In this document: piece by piece, positions 19,261-28,568 of the stretch
Numbering within the stretch: the first letter of the stretch is position 1
How the letters are laid out: every line of letters starts with the position of its first letter
Virus record (IMG/VR): IMGVR_UViG_3300037782_000115
Span: 32,001 to 96,000 of that record
DNA length: 64,000 nucleotides
Source: a virus
Direction: 5' to 3' (one strand)
Position numbers and translations under genes: made by a program
Notes under the pieces: model-generated
Seen by the model: the letters and a program-made list of their open reading frames with translations, nothing else
What the model was told of the DNA's origin: nothing
The model's database searches: none

Positions 19261-20061
19261 CTATGTCCTCGCCAGCTCGAGAGGCGAGTTTTTCGAAATC
19301 GTTCCGGAACTCCGAGAGACGGCCGTTTGGCGGGGTGACCATCCGGGGAACGGCAAGGAACCATTTTGGGTCAGCTTTTTCACCATAGCGTCCAAGGTCT
19401 CTTGCGAAATCTTTAGCACACCCGCCCGGGTCCATTTCTCGTACAACTGCTCTGGGTGGGGGAGGGCGTTTACGAACAGGGCGGGATCCGCCATGATCTG
19501 GCTTGTTATCACTCTTCTCCATGTCTCTGCGGCCTCCCGTTCATCATCGCTCTGGCCAGGCGCGCCGATCGGCAAAAGCGGCGTCGAATAGCTCGCGATC
19601 AGCCTGTTGTACAGCGCCTCAGCAATAGCAGCGTCTGAGTCGCCGCATTCTGCAAACACACAGTAAGTCGGGTGTTTGATGTACTCATCCGGCTCTTCGT
19701 CCGAGTGCAGCGACACCAAATGCAAATGCGTCCCGGCCACCTGCCGGGCCGACGGCCGCCACCGGCCTTGCCACACGCCCGTATACTCAGCGTCCTTGCC
19801 ACGAAAGAGTATCCGGTGCCTGGAGTGCTCATGCTCTGCCGAACACCCGGCGGCAAACGCCCTCACAGCCTGCTCTGGTCCGAGGATGCTCATGGCGTAG
19901 ACGGACCGGGGCATTGCTGAACGGCGGGTGCCTGCGAAATCGTAGTACGGAGCCGAAAGAACACCATCACACCACGCGCGGACCTTTGCGCGACCCGACG
20001 CCGCGCCATATGAGTAGTGGGTCTGCGGCGGAAGCAAGAACACCTCAATCAGTTGTCGCAC
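19261..20061 (-). CDS. Hypothetical protein
   Basis: GTG start after GGGAG; YSTPLLP...W motif; lies between MTase and helicase. Confidence 0.65.
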   Translation of the reverse strand: MRQLIEVFLLPPQTHYSYGAASGRAKVRAWCDGVLSAPYYDFAGTRRSAMPRSVYAMSILGPEQAVRAFAAGCSAEHEHSRHRILFRGKDAEYTGVWQGRWRPSARQVAGTHLHLVSLHSDEEPDEYIKHPTYCVFAECGDSDAAIAEALYNRLIASYSTPLLPIGAPGQSDDEREAAETWRRVITSQIMADPALFVNALPHPEQLYEKWTRAGVLKISQETLDAMVKKLTQNGSLPFPGWSPRQTAVSRSSGTISKNSPLELART

Positions 20062-20314
20062 GACAATCTCCCATAGCAACAAGGGCGAACCCACAGTGAG
20101 AACACAGGCCGTCCCGATAAGCCGAAATCTCCGCTTTCGTGCGAACCTCGTTCACACACCGACACCTGAAACACAAGGGGCTGTACGGGCCACTGCGGAT
20201 CAGACGGCGTCTTCGATAACCAAAGACGGCGTGGTACATCACGGCGCCTAGAAAATAGACGGTCGCGATAGGCGTCGCGAACAAGAAACACGAGATGAGA
20301 ATAATCTCAATCAT
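20045..20314 (-). CDS. Small membrane protein with Cys motifs
   Basis: N-terminal hydrophobic helix; CFRC, CSHC. Confidence 0.5.
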   Translation of the reverse strand: MIEIILISCFLFATPIATVYFLGAVMYHAVFGYRRRRLIRSGPYSPLCFRCRCVNEVRTKAEISAYRDGLCSHCGFALVAMGDCRATTD

Positions 20315-21371
20315 CGCCGTCCTCTACGCCGTCTTCGGTGACCGACCCCTGTCCTGCCGTGGAGACAAGTGTGATGAGCGAGCCGTCTGGCCTCAGGGCA
20401 CGGATTGCCACCGAGAAGAAGTCGGTCGAGACTTTGATCGCCGCCGCCTTGCCACCCTGGGTGGTGTCTGGCTTCCACTCGGTCTTGGTACGCCTGATGA
20501 CCATACCCTTGGCTACGTGCAGCGATTCGCCACTGCCCATGAGACCGTCTGCGTGACCGCTCGCCAACACCAGCGAGACGTGCCCCTTCTTGAGAGGGAG
20601 CGGCGGCCGGCCGCGAGACCTCATGCGCTTGGCGGCGACGGGGAATCGCCTGAGTGGGCTTGTCTCAAACAGCCGGACGACATCTTCTTTGGTCAACATG
20701 CCAGACGCAAAGATCCCCGGGTCTTGCCCGACAGGGACGGGGATGTGGGGCGACATGCCGGCGGGCATAGGGCCTAGCGACCCGATACTGAGCTTGGTCC
20801 GCATGAACACGCCGACGTCGGTGTCGTTCACGATGTTGGGCCTTGGAAGCTTCCTGGCCACCAGACACGTCTGTTTGAACGCCAGATCCGGCCCGTCGTA
20901 GAACGGCGCCGGAAATCTCCAGTGGGCCAGCGGCTCGAAGTCACGCAGCAGCCGCCTGACGACTTCTGAGTACATGGATTCCTTGATAATCAGGACGAGC
21001 ACGCCGCCGGCCTCAAGCAGCCGGGAGCACCGGTCCAGAAAAACACGCTCGAGCCGCCCATGAGAACTCGCGTCGTATGGCGGATTGAGCAGAATGAGAC
21101 CGAACTGCGGCGATTCCATCCTGATATCTTGGAACGCGCAATTCACCACGCGGTCAAGCGACTCGTGCGCGTCGTCGGCTCGCTGCAATTCGAGCTCGAC
21201 GCCGTAGTTCACCCCAGACGGGTTCAGGGCAGCGAGGGCAGCGCCATCGCCGCAGCACGGGTCTAGCGCGTGCACCCCCTCGGGCAGCATGAGGCATGAC
21301 CTCAAGCGGTCCACAACCTCAAGCGGCGTCGGGACGTACATAAGATCAACAACAGATTGTGGCCTTGCCAT
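20307..21371 (-). CDS. N6-adenine-type methyltransferase (DUF6094-like)
   Basis: YVPTP, ALDPCCGDG, YGVEL, ILLNPPY; C-terminal PPLPLKKGHVSLVLASG. Confidence 0.85.
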   Translation of the reverse strand: MARPQSVVDLMYVPTPLEVVDRLRSCLMLPEGVHALDPCCGDGAALAALNPSGVNYGVELELQRADDAHESLDRVVNCAFQDIRMESPQFGLILLNPPYDASSHGRLERVFLDRCSRLLEAGGVLVLIIKESMYSEVVRRLLRDFEPLAHWRFPAPFYDGPDLAFKQTCLVARKLPRPNIVNDTDVGVFMRTKLSIGSLGPMPAGMSPHIPVPVGQDPGIFASGMLTKEDVVRLFETSPLRRFPVAAKRMRSRGRPPLPLKKGHVSLVLASGHADGLMGSGESLHVAKGMVIRRTKTEWKPDTTQGGKAAAIKVSTDFFSVAIRALRPDGSLITLVSTAGQGSVTEDGVEDGDD

Positions 21372-21387
21372 CGTTTACACCACCCCA

Positions 21388-21747
21388 CTAGCAACTCGAA
21401 GCATAATCACAAAGCAGCCTCGCCGCCTCGTTCGACAGCGACTCGGGAACATCCGAAGCCATGACCGAGAAGCAAAGATCGAGAAAGCCGTCGGCCAGCG
21501 TGCGGCGGAACGACTGGCCATCAGAGACCTGGCCAACCAACCACTCAACGGACTCATCGAGTGTATCAAAGCTTTCGTCCAAACAAACAGAAACAGATTT
21601 GGCGACATAGCCGCCGTTGCGGTGACCTATGAGCCCAAGAAAACCGCCGGTGCCGCCGGCTATATACCTTTTTTGGCGGTCGGCGCCGACCACGGTAAGG
21701 GCAACTACGTCTACGCCGCCCACCGAAAATTTGAGAATCTCGTACAT
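21388..21747 (-). CDS. Hypothetical protein
   Basis: AAGGAG RBS before MYEILKF. Confidence 0.6.
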   Translation of the reverse strand: MYEILKFSVGGVDVVALTVVGADRQKRYIAGGTGGFLGLIGHRNGGYVAKSVSVCLDESFDTLDESVEWLVGQVSDGQSFRRTLADGFLDLCFSVMASDVPESLSNEAARLLCDYASSC

Positions 21748-21798
21748 GAGAACACTCCTTGCCACACCGTGCGCGGGTGGTCATATCCCATCTGCCCC

Positions 21799-22538
21799 CT
21801 ATAGAGCAGAGAGCGCGTCCGTTTCAGAGGGAGTCAGAAGATCGTGTGACTCACGGAGCGAACGCCCAGCGTCCGACGTTGAGAGCTTGAGAATCCTGCG
21901 CACGACGCCCCGGTCCCATTTGCCACCAGACCTTGGTCGGAACCCCCTTGTGTCCAGCATCCTGGCGATCTCAGCGTAGCTGACGTTATCCTCGTGCCAC
22001 GCAAGCATTAGGAGCAGCACCACCGACTCAGCGACGTCGGGTACAAGCACCTTGCCGTCTCGAGTGAAGCCGTACGGCAGGGTGCCCACCACCTCGCCCC
22101 GGCTCTTCTTGTGTTCGATCGACGACCTGGTGCGCTCGATCAGTTGATCGCGCTCGAATTCGGCGAGCACGGCCATGAGGCGGAAGATCATCTTGCCAGA
22201 CGCCGTCGTAGTGTCGAACGACTCGGAGACCGATACAAAATCGCCGCCGCATCCGTTGATCCGGTCGACGATCTCGATGATGTCCCTGGTGTTCCGGCCC
22301 AAGCGAGAGATCGAGTAGACCACGAGCAGGCCCGAGTTTTCGCACACGTGTGCCATCGCGCTTTCCAGGCCGGGCCGGTTATCAACAGACTTGCCGCTTA
22401 TCCCCTCGTCGACAAACACATCGGTGAGCTCGAAGCCCCGCATCGTCAAATAGGCCTGTATCCGGCCCCTCTGCGCGTCGAGCGAAACCCCCTCAACCTG
22501 CCCATCGGTCGATACCCGGCAATACCCGTAGCACTTCA
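21799..22538 (-). CDS. Serine recombinase (resolvase catalytic domain + short recombinase domain)
   Basis: YGYCRVSTDGQ, DEGISGK..NRPGL, SISRLGRN, DTTTASGKM, LAEFER, LPYGF. Confidence 0.95.
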
Positions 22539-23249
22539 TTGCTGTTCTCCAGACGGCCTCGCGGCCAACGTCTCGTACACACTGTCTACTCGGTGACAAT
22601 TCATCACGTCGCGTCCGTGCGACTTCCAGACGCCGCAATGACATGTCGACCGGGGCACGGCCCCGGCACACAACTCGTTCATCTCAAAGGGCATCTTCCA
22701 CCGGTATCGCCAGGCGAACGCGGTCATCCTGTTGATGTAGCCGACGCGCACACCCCCTGAAACACTCAGTTTGTCGCGCCACTTTTCGCATTCCTCGTAG
22801 CTGAGAATCGGCGTGTCGACGATCAGGTGGTCGATGGTTTCTTCGCACTCCAGATACCAACGCAGCGAGAAGTCTTCGCACACCACCCCGATCGTCATGC
22901 CCGGGTTGGCCCGGCGGATCTTCCAGATCACCACCGCCAGGCGGCTGGAGAGCCTGCGAAGGCGGCGCCAGTTTGTAAACAGCTCGTGCCCATAGCCAAA
23001 CTCATATCGGTACAGCTTGGTGTAGATCACGGTGGGTGCAAACAGCGCGTAGGCAACCCTGCCGCGGCGGGCGTACGACAACTTTTGGATCTCGGCCTCG
23101 ACGTTCTTTGTCAGGTCTTCGTCGACGCGAATGGAGCCACACCACCTAGACATCGTGCATATGCCAGGCGCCCAGATCCATATGCAGTTTGCCTGTTGGC
23201 CAACGAGGTAGAGCCACCTCGAGTCGACGGACCTAGACACACGCGTCAT
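22536..23249 (-). CDS. Hypothetical protein
   Basis: Long ORF whose stop overlaps the recombinase start; start uncertain. Confidence 0.55.
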   Translation of the reverse strand: MTRVSRSVDSRWLYLVGQQANCIWIWAPGICTMSRWCGSIRVDEDLTKNVEAEIQKLSYARRGRVAYALFAPTVIYTKLYRYEFGYGHELFTNWRRLRRLSSRLAVVIWKIRRANPGMTIGVVCEDFSLRWYLECEETIDHLIVDTPILSYEECEKWRDKLSVSGGVRVGYINRMTAFAWRYRWKMPFEMNELCAGAVPRSTCHCGVWKSHGRDVMNCHRVDSVYETLAARPSGEQQ

Positions 23250-23260
23250 GCGGAAGTTAG

Positions 23261-23608
23261 CTAGTGGCACGACACCTCCGAACGAACAGAGTTGATACCA
23301 GAGGACGCATCGATGATCTGGTCTTTGCCGCCGCAACGGAGCCACCGGTCAATCGCATACTTCTGCGACGACGACCGGCAAACGATGACGACAGACCGGC
23401 CAGAGACGCGCACTTTGGAGATCCCATCACGGACGAAAGGGGGTGCTCGGGACGCCAGCAAATCAGTAACCTGGTCATCGAGCCGCGACTCCTTCTTGAT
23501 CTTCTGCGCCACGGCCGCGGCCGCGGCGGAGCCATCGGCCGCAGCCGCGCGAGAACGCCGCGCTCGCCGCTGGGAGACGAGACGGTTGAGCATGTCCCAC
23601 TTGTTCAT
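23261..23608 (-). CDS. DciA/DUF721-like protein
   Basis: SKVRVSGRSVVIVCRSSSQKYAIDRWLR...INSVR resembles the KH-like DciA fold pattern. Confidence 0.5.
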   Translation of the reverse strand: MNKWDMLNRLVSQRRARRSRAAAADGSAAAAAVAQKIKKESRLDDQVTDLLASRAPPFVRDGISKVRVSGRSVVIVCRSSSQKYAIDRWLRCGGKDQIIDASSGINSVRSEVSCH

Positions 23609-23648
23609 AAAACCAGGGCGAGCCGCTAAGCCCGCCCTAGCCAAGATA

Positions 23649-23945
23649 TTACTCAGGCACAGGGTAGACGACCTTGTGCCGCGACAGAATGCCGGCGCGC
23701 CCGCCGCCGGGCAGGCTCGGGTTCACAACCTCCAAGACCTCGACCTCCACCCCCGACGCGAGCCGCTCAACCGGAACCTGTTTGCGCACAGCAACCTTCG
23801 CCCTGATGAAGTCGCGGCACGCAATCTCAGCCCTGGGGGCGCTGATCTGGAGCGCGTTCTTGTCCTCGAAGATTGACTCCGGCATTCCGTCGGTCACAAA
23901 TCTCGCTACCCATTCGGCGTTCATGATTGTTTGCTCCGTTTCCAA
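23649..23945 (-). CDS. Hypothetical protein
   Basis: 98-aa ORF in operon context. Confidence 0.5.
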   Translation of the reverse strand: METEQTIMNAEWVARFVTDGMPESIFEDKNALQISAPRAEIACRDFIRAKVAVRKQVPVERLASGVEVEVLEVVNPSLPGGGRAGILSRHKVVYPVPE

Positions 23946-24271
23946 GATTCCCTGAGCGTGGTTCCCGCCAGCCTCGCTAGCGCAGCTTCTGTAAAGTGCA
24001 TCTTAGGGTCTCGCAGCCTGGCTATGTGGCCGGACATGGCCTTGCCGCCACAGACGTAGCCGCAGATGCACTCCTGTTCGCCAAAGCCCAATTCCCGAAT
24101 AATCCATGGCGAACCGGGATCGGCGGACGCCCCGCGAGTCCTTGAGCGGGGATCGCGAGGCGGCATGTGGTGCGTACACAGGTGGCCATGCAGGTATTTG
24201 ATGCCCTTCACGTCCACGCCGCACAGTGGACACTTGTACTCGGATGGTGGGAGTCTAGTCTTGCGGCTCAT
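23921..24271 (-). CDS. C2H2-type zinc-finger protein
   Basis: YKCPLCGVDVKGIKYLHGHLCTHH; second CICG...H...H. Confidence 0.65.
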   Translation of the reverse strand: MSRKTRLPPSEYKCPLCGVDVKGIKYLHGHLCTHHMPPRDPRSRTRGASADPGSPWIIRELGFGEQECICGYVCGGKAMSGHIARLRDPKMHFTEAALARLAGTTLRESWKRSKQS

Positions 24272-24557
24272 CGCAACCCCCGTGTTCGGCGCCAGCAAGA
24301 TCGACTACAGCCAACATGGCGCACGCATCAAGGAACTCCCGCGAGAGCAGCCAGCGGATCACGTCAGACCTGTTCGGGACAACCACACACCCGCGATCTA
24401 GAGTGAACAACAGAAACCTATTGCCGGACAACGGTTTCACAACGCGGCGGTGGCTATTCATGGCGTGGTGCAGCAGGCCGACGCCAGACGTAAACTGTGT
24501 GTTGCACACCTGGCACCACGCTGGCGCGACCATGATGTTGGTGTTGGTTCTGTCCAT
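24255..24557 (-). CDS. C2H2-type zinc-finger protein
   Basis: WCQVCNTQFTSGVGLLHHAMNSH. Confidence 0.6.
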   Translation of the reverse strand: MDRTNTNIMVAPAWCQVCNTQFTSGVGLLHHAMNSHRRVVKPLSGNRFLLFTLDRGCVVVPNRSDVIRWLLSREFLDACAMLAVVDLAGAEHGGCDEPQD

Positions 24558-24650
24558 TATTCGATGCGACCTCATCAGGGGTGCCCGGGGAATATACCAA
24601 GCACCTACGGCACACATAGACACAGCAGCCGATTGTACAGAGTAGGATGC

Positions 24651-25412
24651 TCAGAGAGCGGGCCGCCAGAATGGGCACGAAACCTCGTCGATCTCGTCTT
24701 TGATCTCCCGGGCCTCCTCGATCAGGCCCCGGACCGTATCGGCGCACTCATCGGGCCCCATCCCGCCCGGGTGCTCACCGCGAGACGCGCGGGCCTCAGA
24801 GATCCGCCGAAACAGCTTCTCAAGATCGAGCTTGAGGTCCGCCAGTTTCTCCGACTGGTGGTATTTGACATCCTCTGCAACCGATTCTTCTGCCACCCTC
24901 TCCGCCCACCGATCGGCGGCATACACGGCGTCGCGAAAGCTCTCATATACATACGACAAATCAAAGCAGCAACAGTCATAAGAGTAGTCAATGCCGATGA
25001 TGTACCTTGTGTTGCCACCACAACCCGCCAGCTGGGCCACCACGCCGTGACACGTCTCTTCGCAATATGCATCGGTGAACCAGCCGCGGTGATCGACCCT
25101 GTAGTCGTGCTGGTCGTGGCAAGCGACGATGTTGCGGAAAGTGTCGCACATGTCGTCGGCCGAGTAGCAGCCGACCATCCGCTTCCCGCTGTCGTCCTTG
25201 TACAACCAATACTTGGACTCGATGCGGCCCAGGCTACTGCTCGCCATCCGCGACAGAAGCCCGACGGCATAATCAGAATTGCCCGCCAACTCCTTGAGCT
25301 TCGCCTTCATACGCCAAGCATGGTTCACCATAAAGGAGCCGACTTCACCCGAAAAGGTGTTGGTCGTGTACGACGGCATCGTGAGTGTTTCGCCATCTGC
25401 ATAGATCGACAT
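24651..25412 (-). CDS. Hypothetical protein
   Basis: AGGAGG RBS; DHRGWFTD...AVYAADRWAE; coiled-coil C-terminus. Confidence 0.75.
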   Translation of the reverse strand: MSIYADGETLTMPSYTTNTFSGEVGSFMVNHAWRMKAKLKELAGNSDYAVGLLSRMASSSLGRIESKYWLYKDDSGKRMVGCYSADDMCDTFRNIVACHDQHDYRVDHRGWFTDAYCEETCHGVVAQLAGCGGNTRYIIGIDYSYDCCCFDLSYVYESFRDAVYAADRWAERVAEESVAEDVKYHQSEKLADLKLDLEKLFRRISEARASRGEHPGGMGPDECADTVRGLIEEAREIKDEIDEVSCPFWRPAL

Positions 25413-25435
25413 GGGCTGCCTCCTAAAAACAACAA

Positions 25436-25453
25436 GCCGCCCTTTCGGGCGGC
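25436..25453 (-). terminator. Intrinsic terminator, leftward
   Basis: GCCGCCC-GAAA-GGGCGGC followed by TTGTTGTTTTT on the - strand. Confidence 0.7.
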
Positions 25454-25481
25454 CGGTTGCGGTCTGTGTGTGTACGCGGTC

Positions 25482-25850
25482 CTATGGGGTGGCGCTGTCG
25501 GGCTCGGTGTTGGCCTCGGTCAGCACAGAGACCCCGCGGGTCATCCACTTCTTGTGCTGGAGATTGGAGAGCCAGTCATCAACAGAGGGGATGCGGCCGA
25601 GGTCTTCGATCACGTGCTGCTCGCCGATCAGCCGGACAGGCACCTTGCGTCCGGTCGAGATCGTGATCGTCGTCCCGAACACCTTCTCGGCCAGGAAGAT
25701 TCCGAAAGAGTTGTGCAGCAGGGCCCGGTGTTGCCAGCTGCACATAGTGCTCTTGCTGCTGTCGAAGAAATCATGGATCTCCTGATAGTCCTCCGGCACT
25801 CCGCCGAACTTCTTGGCAGACGACCTCGCATGCATGTAGGGGTGTGCCAT
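25482..25850 (-). CDS. DUF6915-like protein
   Basis: MAHPYMHARSSAKKFGG..EDY..IHDFFDSSK...HRALLH..FG...EQHVIEDLGRIP. Confidence 0.8.
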   Translation of the reverse strand: MAHPYMHARSSAKKFGGVPEDYQEIHDFFDSSKSTMCSWQHRALLHNSFGIFLAEKVFGTTITISTGRKVPVRLIGEQHVIEDLGRIPSVDDWLSNLQHKKWMTRGVSVLTEANTEPDSATP

Positions 25851-26392
25851 CAGCGGCCCTCCATCCATGGGATCCGGCACAAGAGGCCGAGTTTCACGCC
25901 GAGTTCGAGAAAGTCGAACTCATCCACCATCGGATCGAAGTCGTAGTGTGTGGAAAAAGAACAACCGGTCTCGGCGTCGCAATTACAAAAGCCATCGTCG
26001 TCGGCATTGTCACATGCACACTCTCCATATGTGATCTCACACCTGCCGACCCACAACGCGAAGTCCAGAAAATAAATTCCTGTCGACCCCTCATTTTCGA
26101 CGAGAAAGTTCTTATCCCAGCCGGGCACGCAGTCGCCATCCAGCTCGAACGAATAGGAATCAAGGCCGAGTTCATACACGAGAGTACCAGGCACAATATC
26201 GTCGAACTCGGCGACACCAGAGTCGCCGTATCCATTAAGATTGATTCTTAAATAACCCGAATATCCAGACAATGCCAACATGGCGGCCGCATGATCGGCG
26301 TGCTCCATTCTATCAACACCATGTGCAATGCAGGTCATGTGTATCTCTGCCAGGCTCAGGGAGGTGGCATTTTGCGTGTTTGTGTCATCCAT
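25850..26392 (-). CDS. Acidic hypothetical protein, DUF6878-like
   Basis: NGYGDSG and ENEGSTG motifs; adjacent to the DUF6915-like gene. Confidence 0.55.
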   Translation of the reverse strand: MDDTNTQNATSLSLAEIHMTCIAHGVDRMEHADHAAAMLALSGYSGYLRINLNGYGDSGVAEFDDIVPGTLVYELGLDSYSFELDGDCVPGWDKNFLVENEGSTGIYFLDFALWVGRCEITYGECACDNADDDGFCNCDAETGCSFSTHYDFDPMVDEFDFLELGVKLGLLCRIPWMEGR

Positions 26393-26396
26393 AAAA

Positions 26397-27593
26397 TCAC
26401 CCATCAATCTTGATCGTTGTGCCAAAGGGGGCAACCACATCGGACGTCATGCACCAGACCGTTGGCAGCCCGGGGTCTTGTTCGGGGAACCGCGTGTAGC
26501 CGTCAGTCATGCAGATCACGCATGAGGGTGCCGGGATGTTGTCGACGATGTGCCTAAACACCGGCACGTGCGAGGTGCCCCCGCCACCCTTGGGCTCGAC
26601 CACGATATCGCCGTCGCTCGATCGCCACTCCTGCACGTGCGCCACGTCATGGTCGTGGTAAACGATGATTACGGTGCATGAGTATGACATAAGGATCTCT
26701 TGTATCTCGCCGGCGTACTGGTTGATCTCGTCTTGACCGATCGACCCGGACGTGTCAAAGGCGACAACCACGGTCCCGAGGCTGTCGCTGCGCATGCCGG
26801 GCAGATACATCCCGGCGTGGATGAAGCGGCGGTTGGGGTGGGCCCAAGAGAAGTCATCGCGTGAGGTCGATGAGACGAATCGGCGAAGAAGCTCTTTCCA
26901 CGACGCCTTGGGCCGCAGCACGTCGCCGACGATACGAGAGATGTCGCCCGGCAGATCGCCGCGGCTGGACGCGTGATGCGCCGCCTCTGCGACATTGACT
27001 TGCCACTGAGCCTCTTGATTGTCGGTATCGCCGTCCGCCGGCCGGCGCACCTGGCCAAAGCCCCCCTCGCCACTACCGCCGCCACCGCCGCCACCACCGC
27101 CACCACCGCCATCCTCATTATCCGGAATCCTGGCGTAGTACCACTCGGCGCTGTTGCCGCTCTCTAGGTCGGCATACTTGCCTTCGCCCGGGAACAGCCC
27201 GCCCGAGGGCAGCGATATACCGGCATCTCTGAGGATTGAGTTGATCGCCAGATCGCCCGCGACGTTCCAGTTGTGGTGCTCGCGGGGCCCCATCCGGGTG
27301 TGATGGCCGAGCGTGCAATGCATGAGCTCGTGCATAATCAGCCCAACGGTCTCGTTCCGAGACAGGCCGACGATGAACGATGGGTTGTACCGCATGGTCT
27401 TGCCGTCGATATCGGCCGTCTCGATATCCCAGGAGGGCACCATGTTGATCTTCATGGCCAGGATGCAAAAGAACGAGCACCGCGGGTCGCGGCGGAGCGC
27501 GAGGTATGTCTTGGCCTCGGTTATCCGCGCATCACTGATATCCTCGTCGGCTTGCCGACGAGACATCTCATCGACCACATCAAAAGCGTCCAT
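26397..27593 (-). CDS. Metallopeptidase-vWA protein (DUF2201-like)
   Basis: HELMH zincin motif, AGDLAIN, poly-Gly linker, MIDAS DTSGS, GGGGT, MTDG. Confidence 0.9.
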   Translation of the reverse strand: MDAFDVVDEMSRRQADEDISDARITEAKTYLALRRDPRCSFFCILAMKINMVPSWDIETADIDGKTMRYNPSFIVGLSRNETVGLIMHELMHCTLGHHTRMGPREHHNWNVAGDLAINSILRDAGISLPSGGLFPGEGKYADLESGNSAEWYYARIPDNEDGGGGGGGGGGGGSGEGGFGQVRRPADGDTDNQEAQWQVNVAEAAHHASSRGDLPGDISRIVGDVLRPKASWKELLRRFVSSTSRDDFSWAHPNRRFIHAGMYLPGMRSDSLGTVVVAFDTSGSIGQDEINQYAGEIQEILMSYSCTVIIVYHDHDVAHVQEWRSSDGDIVVEPKGGGGTSHVPVFRHIVDNIPAPSCVICMTDGYTRFPEQDPGLPTVWCMTSDVVAPFGTTIKIDG

Positions 27594-27654
27594 AACAACT
27601 CCTTTCTAGAGAGCCAATGGCGTTCATCGCCGTCAAGCGGTGAACGCCGGTGTG

Positions 27655-28488
27655 TCAAAACGTCTGGGTCGTCGAGAGCGCGGTCCGCATGACGACGGCC
27701 TCAGAGATGGACTCCTTGGTGATGTCCAGAACCTTCCGCATATCGCCCAGCGTTTCGCCCAGGATGCCCTCATACTCGAGCAGCCGCTTGCGAAGGCTGT
27801 CAGCCCGGGCCTCGCGGGCTTCGAGCGCGGCCTCGTGCAGGTCGCCGGTCTCGATGTCCTTCATGATCTGATCGACGTCACTCTGGATGTCGGCGAGGAT
27901 CCCCTCCTTGATCGCGCGGAGAGATGATGCGTCGGCGGCGGTCTGCATCACATGCACCATCGTTCCGGTACCGGCTTTCTCGACGATCCTGGCGTAGGTA
28001 GCCCAATCATCAAGCTTGTCCCTGGGGATCCAATACACGCCACCGCTCTCGCGGAGAGGGATGCCGCTAAGCCTGCTCACGGCGGTGGTGAGTAGATTGG
28101 TGATTGCCTTTGCGGGCACAACACCTGCCGACTTCTTGTACTGGTCCCTGACCCGGCATACCTCGGCCCAAGGCGCCGAGGGCGAACTCACGTTGCCGTC
28201 GTCGTCGACCTCGAAGGTATACCGAGAGTCGTACCGGTTCTCGTCCTGGCCGCGGTCCTCGGACACCACAGTGAAGCCATTCTTCTTGCTCAGGGGCCTG
28301 ATAAGAGTGGTTTTGTTGGCGTAGAGGGCGACCAGCGCGGCGTTCAACACAGCCTTGGGCGTCTGCTGCTTTGGCATCAACCCGGACAGGCCGTTGTCGT
28401 CGAGTCCGCGTTCGAGGATGCTGCGGTCACTGTCGCTGCCGCGCCAGAAGGTCACGGCGCCATTGAGAGAGATCTGGCCAGACTTCAT
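27655..28488 (-). CDS. Conserved partner of AAA/vWA modules (DUF3150/DUF6744-like)
   Basis: AAGGAG RBS; LRESGGVYWIP motif; coiled-coil C-terminus. Confidence 0.65.
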   Translation of the reverse strand: MKSGQISLNGAVTFWRGSDSDRSILERGLDDNGLSGLMPKQQTPKAVLNAALVALYANKTTLIRPLSKKNGFTVVSEDRGQDENRYDSRYTFEVDDDGNVSSPSAPWAEVCRVRDQYKKSAGVVPAKAITNLLTTAVSRLSGIPLRESGGVYWIPRDKLDDWATYARIVEKAGTGTMVHVMQTAADASSLRAIKEGILADIQSDVDQIMKDIETGDLHEAALEAREARADSLRKRLLEYEGILGETLGDMRKVLDITKESISEAVVMRTALSTTQTF

Positions 28489-28521
28489 GCGAAACTCCTT
28501 TCAAGGGAAACATGGAACAAA

Positions 28522-28554
28522 AGCGGCCTCGCCCCCTCTCGGGAGCGGACCGCT
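28522..28554 (-). terminator. Intergenic hairpin/terminator
   Basis: AGCGG..GCTCCC-GAGA-GGGGGC..CCGCT followed by TTTGTT on the - strand. Confidence 0.55.
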
Positions 28555-28568
28555 AGAAAGGAGCGGCG

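Noticed and set aside
18944-19522. 192-aa ORF overlapping the upstream gene by about 260 nt
   Set aside because: The HU-like domain begins at ATG 19258 with an RBS, just after the upstream stop; the extension is probably spurious
21799-22538. IS607-type transposon or prophage integrase boundary
   Set aside because: No N-terminal MerR HTH, no tnpB, no visible att or terminal repeats; phage-like genes continue on both sides
24450-25946. 498-aa + strand ORF (also 32886-33968, 15739-16743 and similar)
   Set aside because: Antisense shadows of well-supported minus-strand genes in high-GC DNA
27066-27110. (CCA/CCG)n microsatellite as a contingency locus
   Set aside because: In-frame poly-Gly linker typical of DUF2201-like proteins
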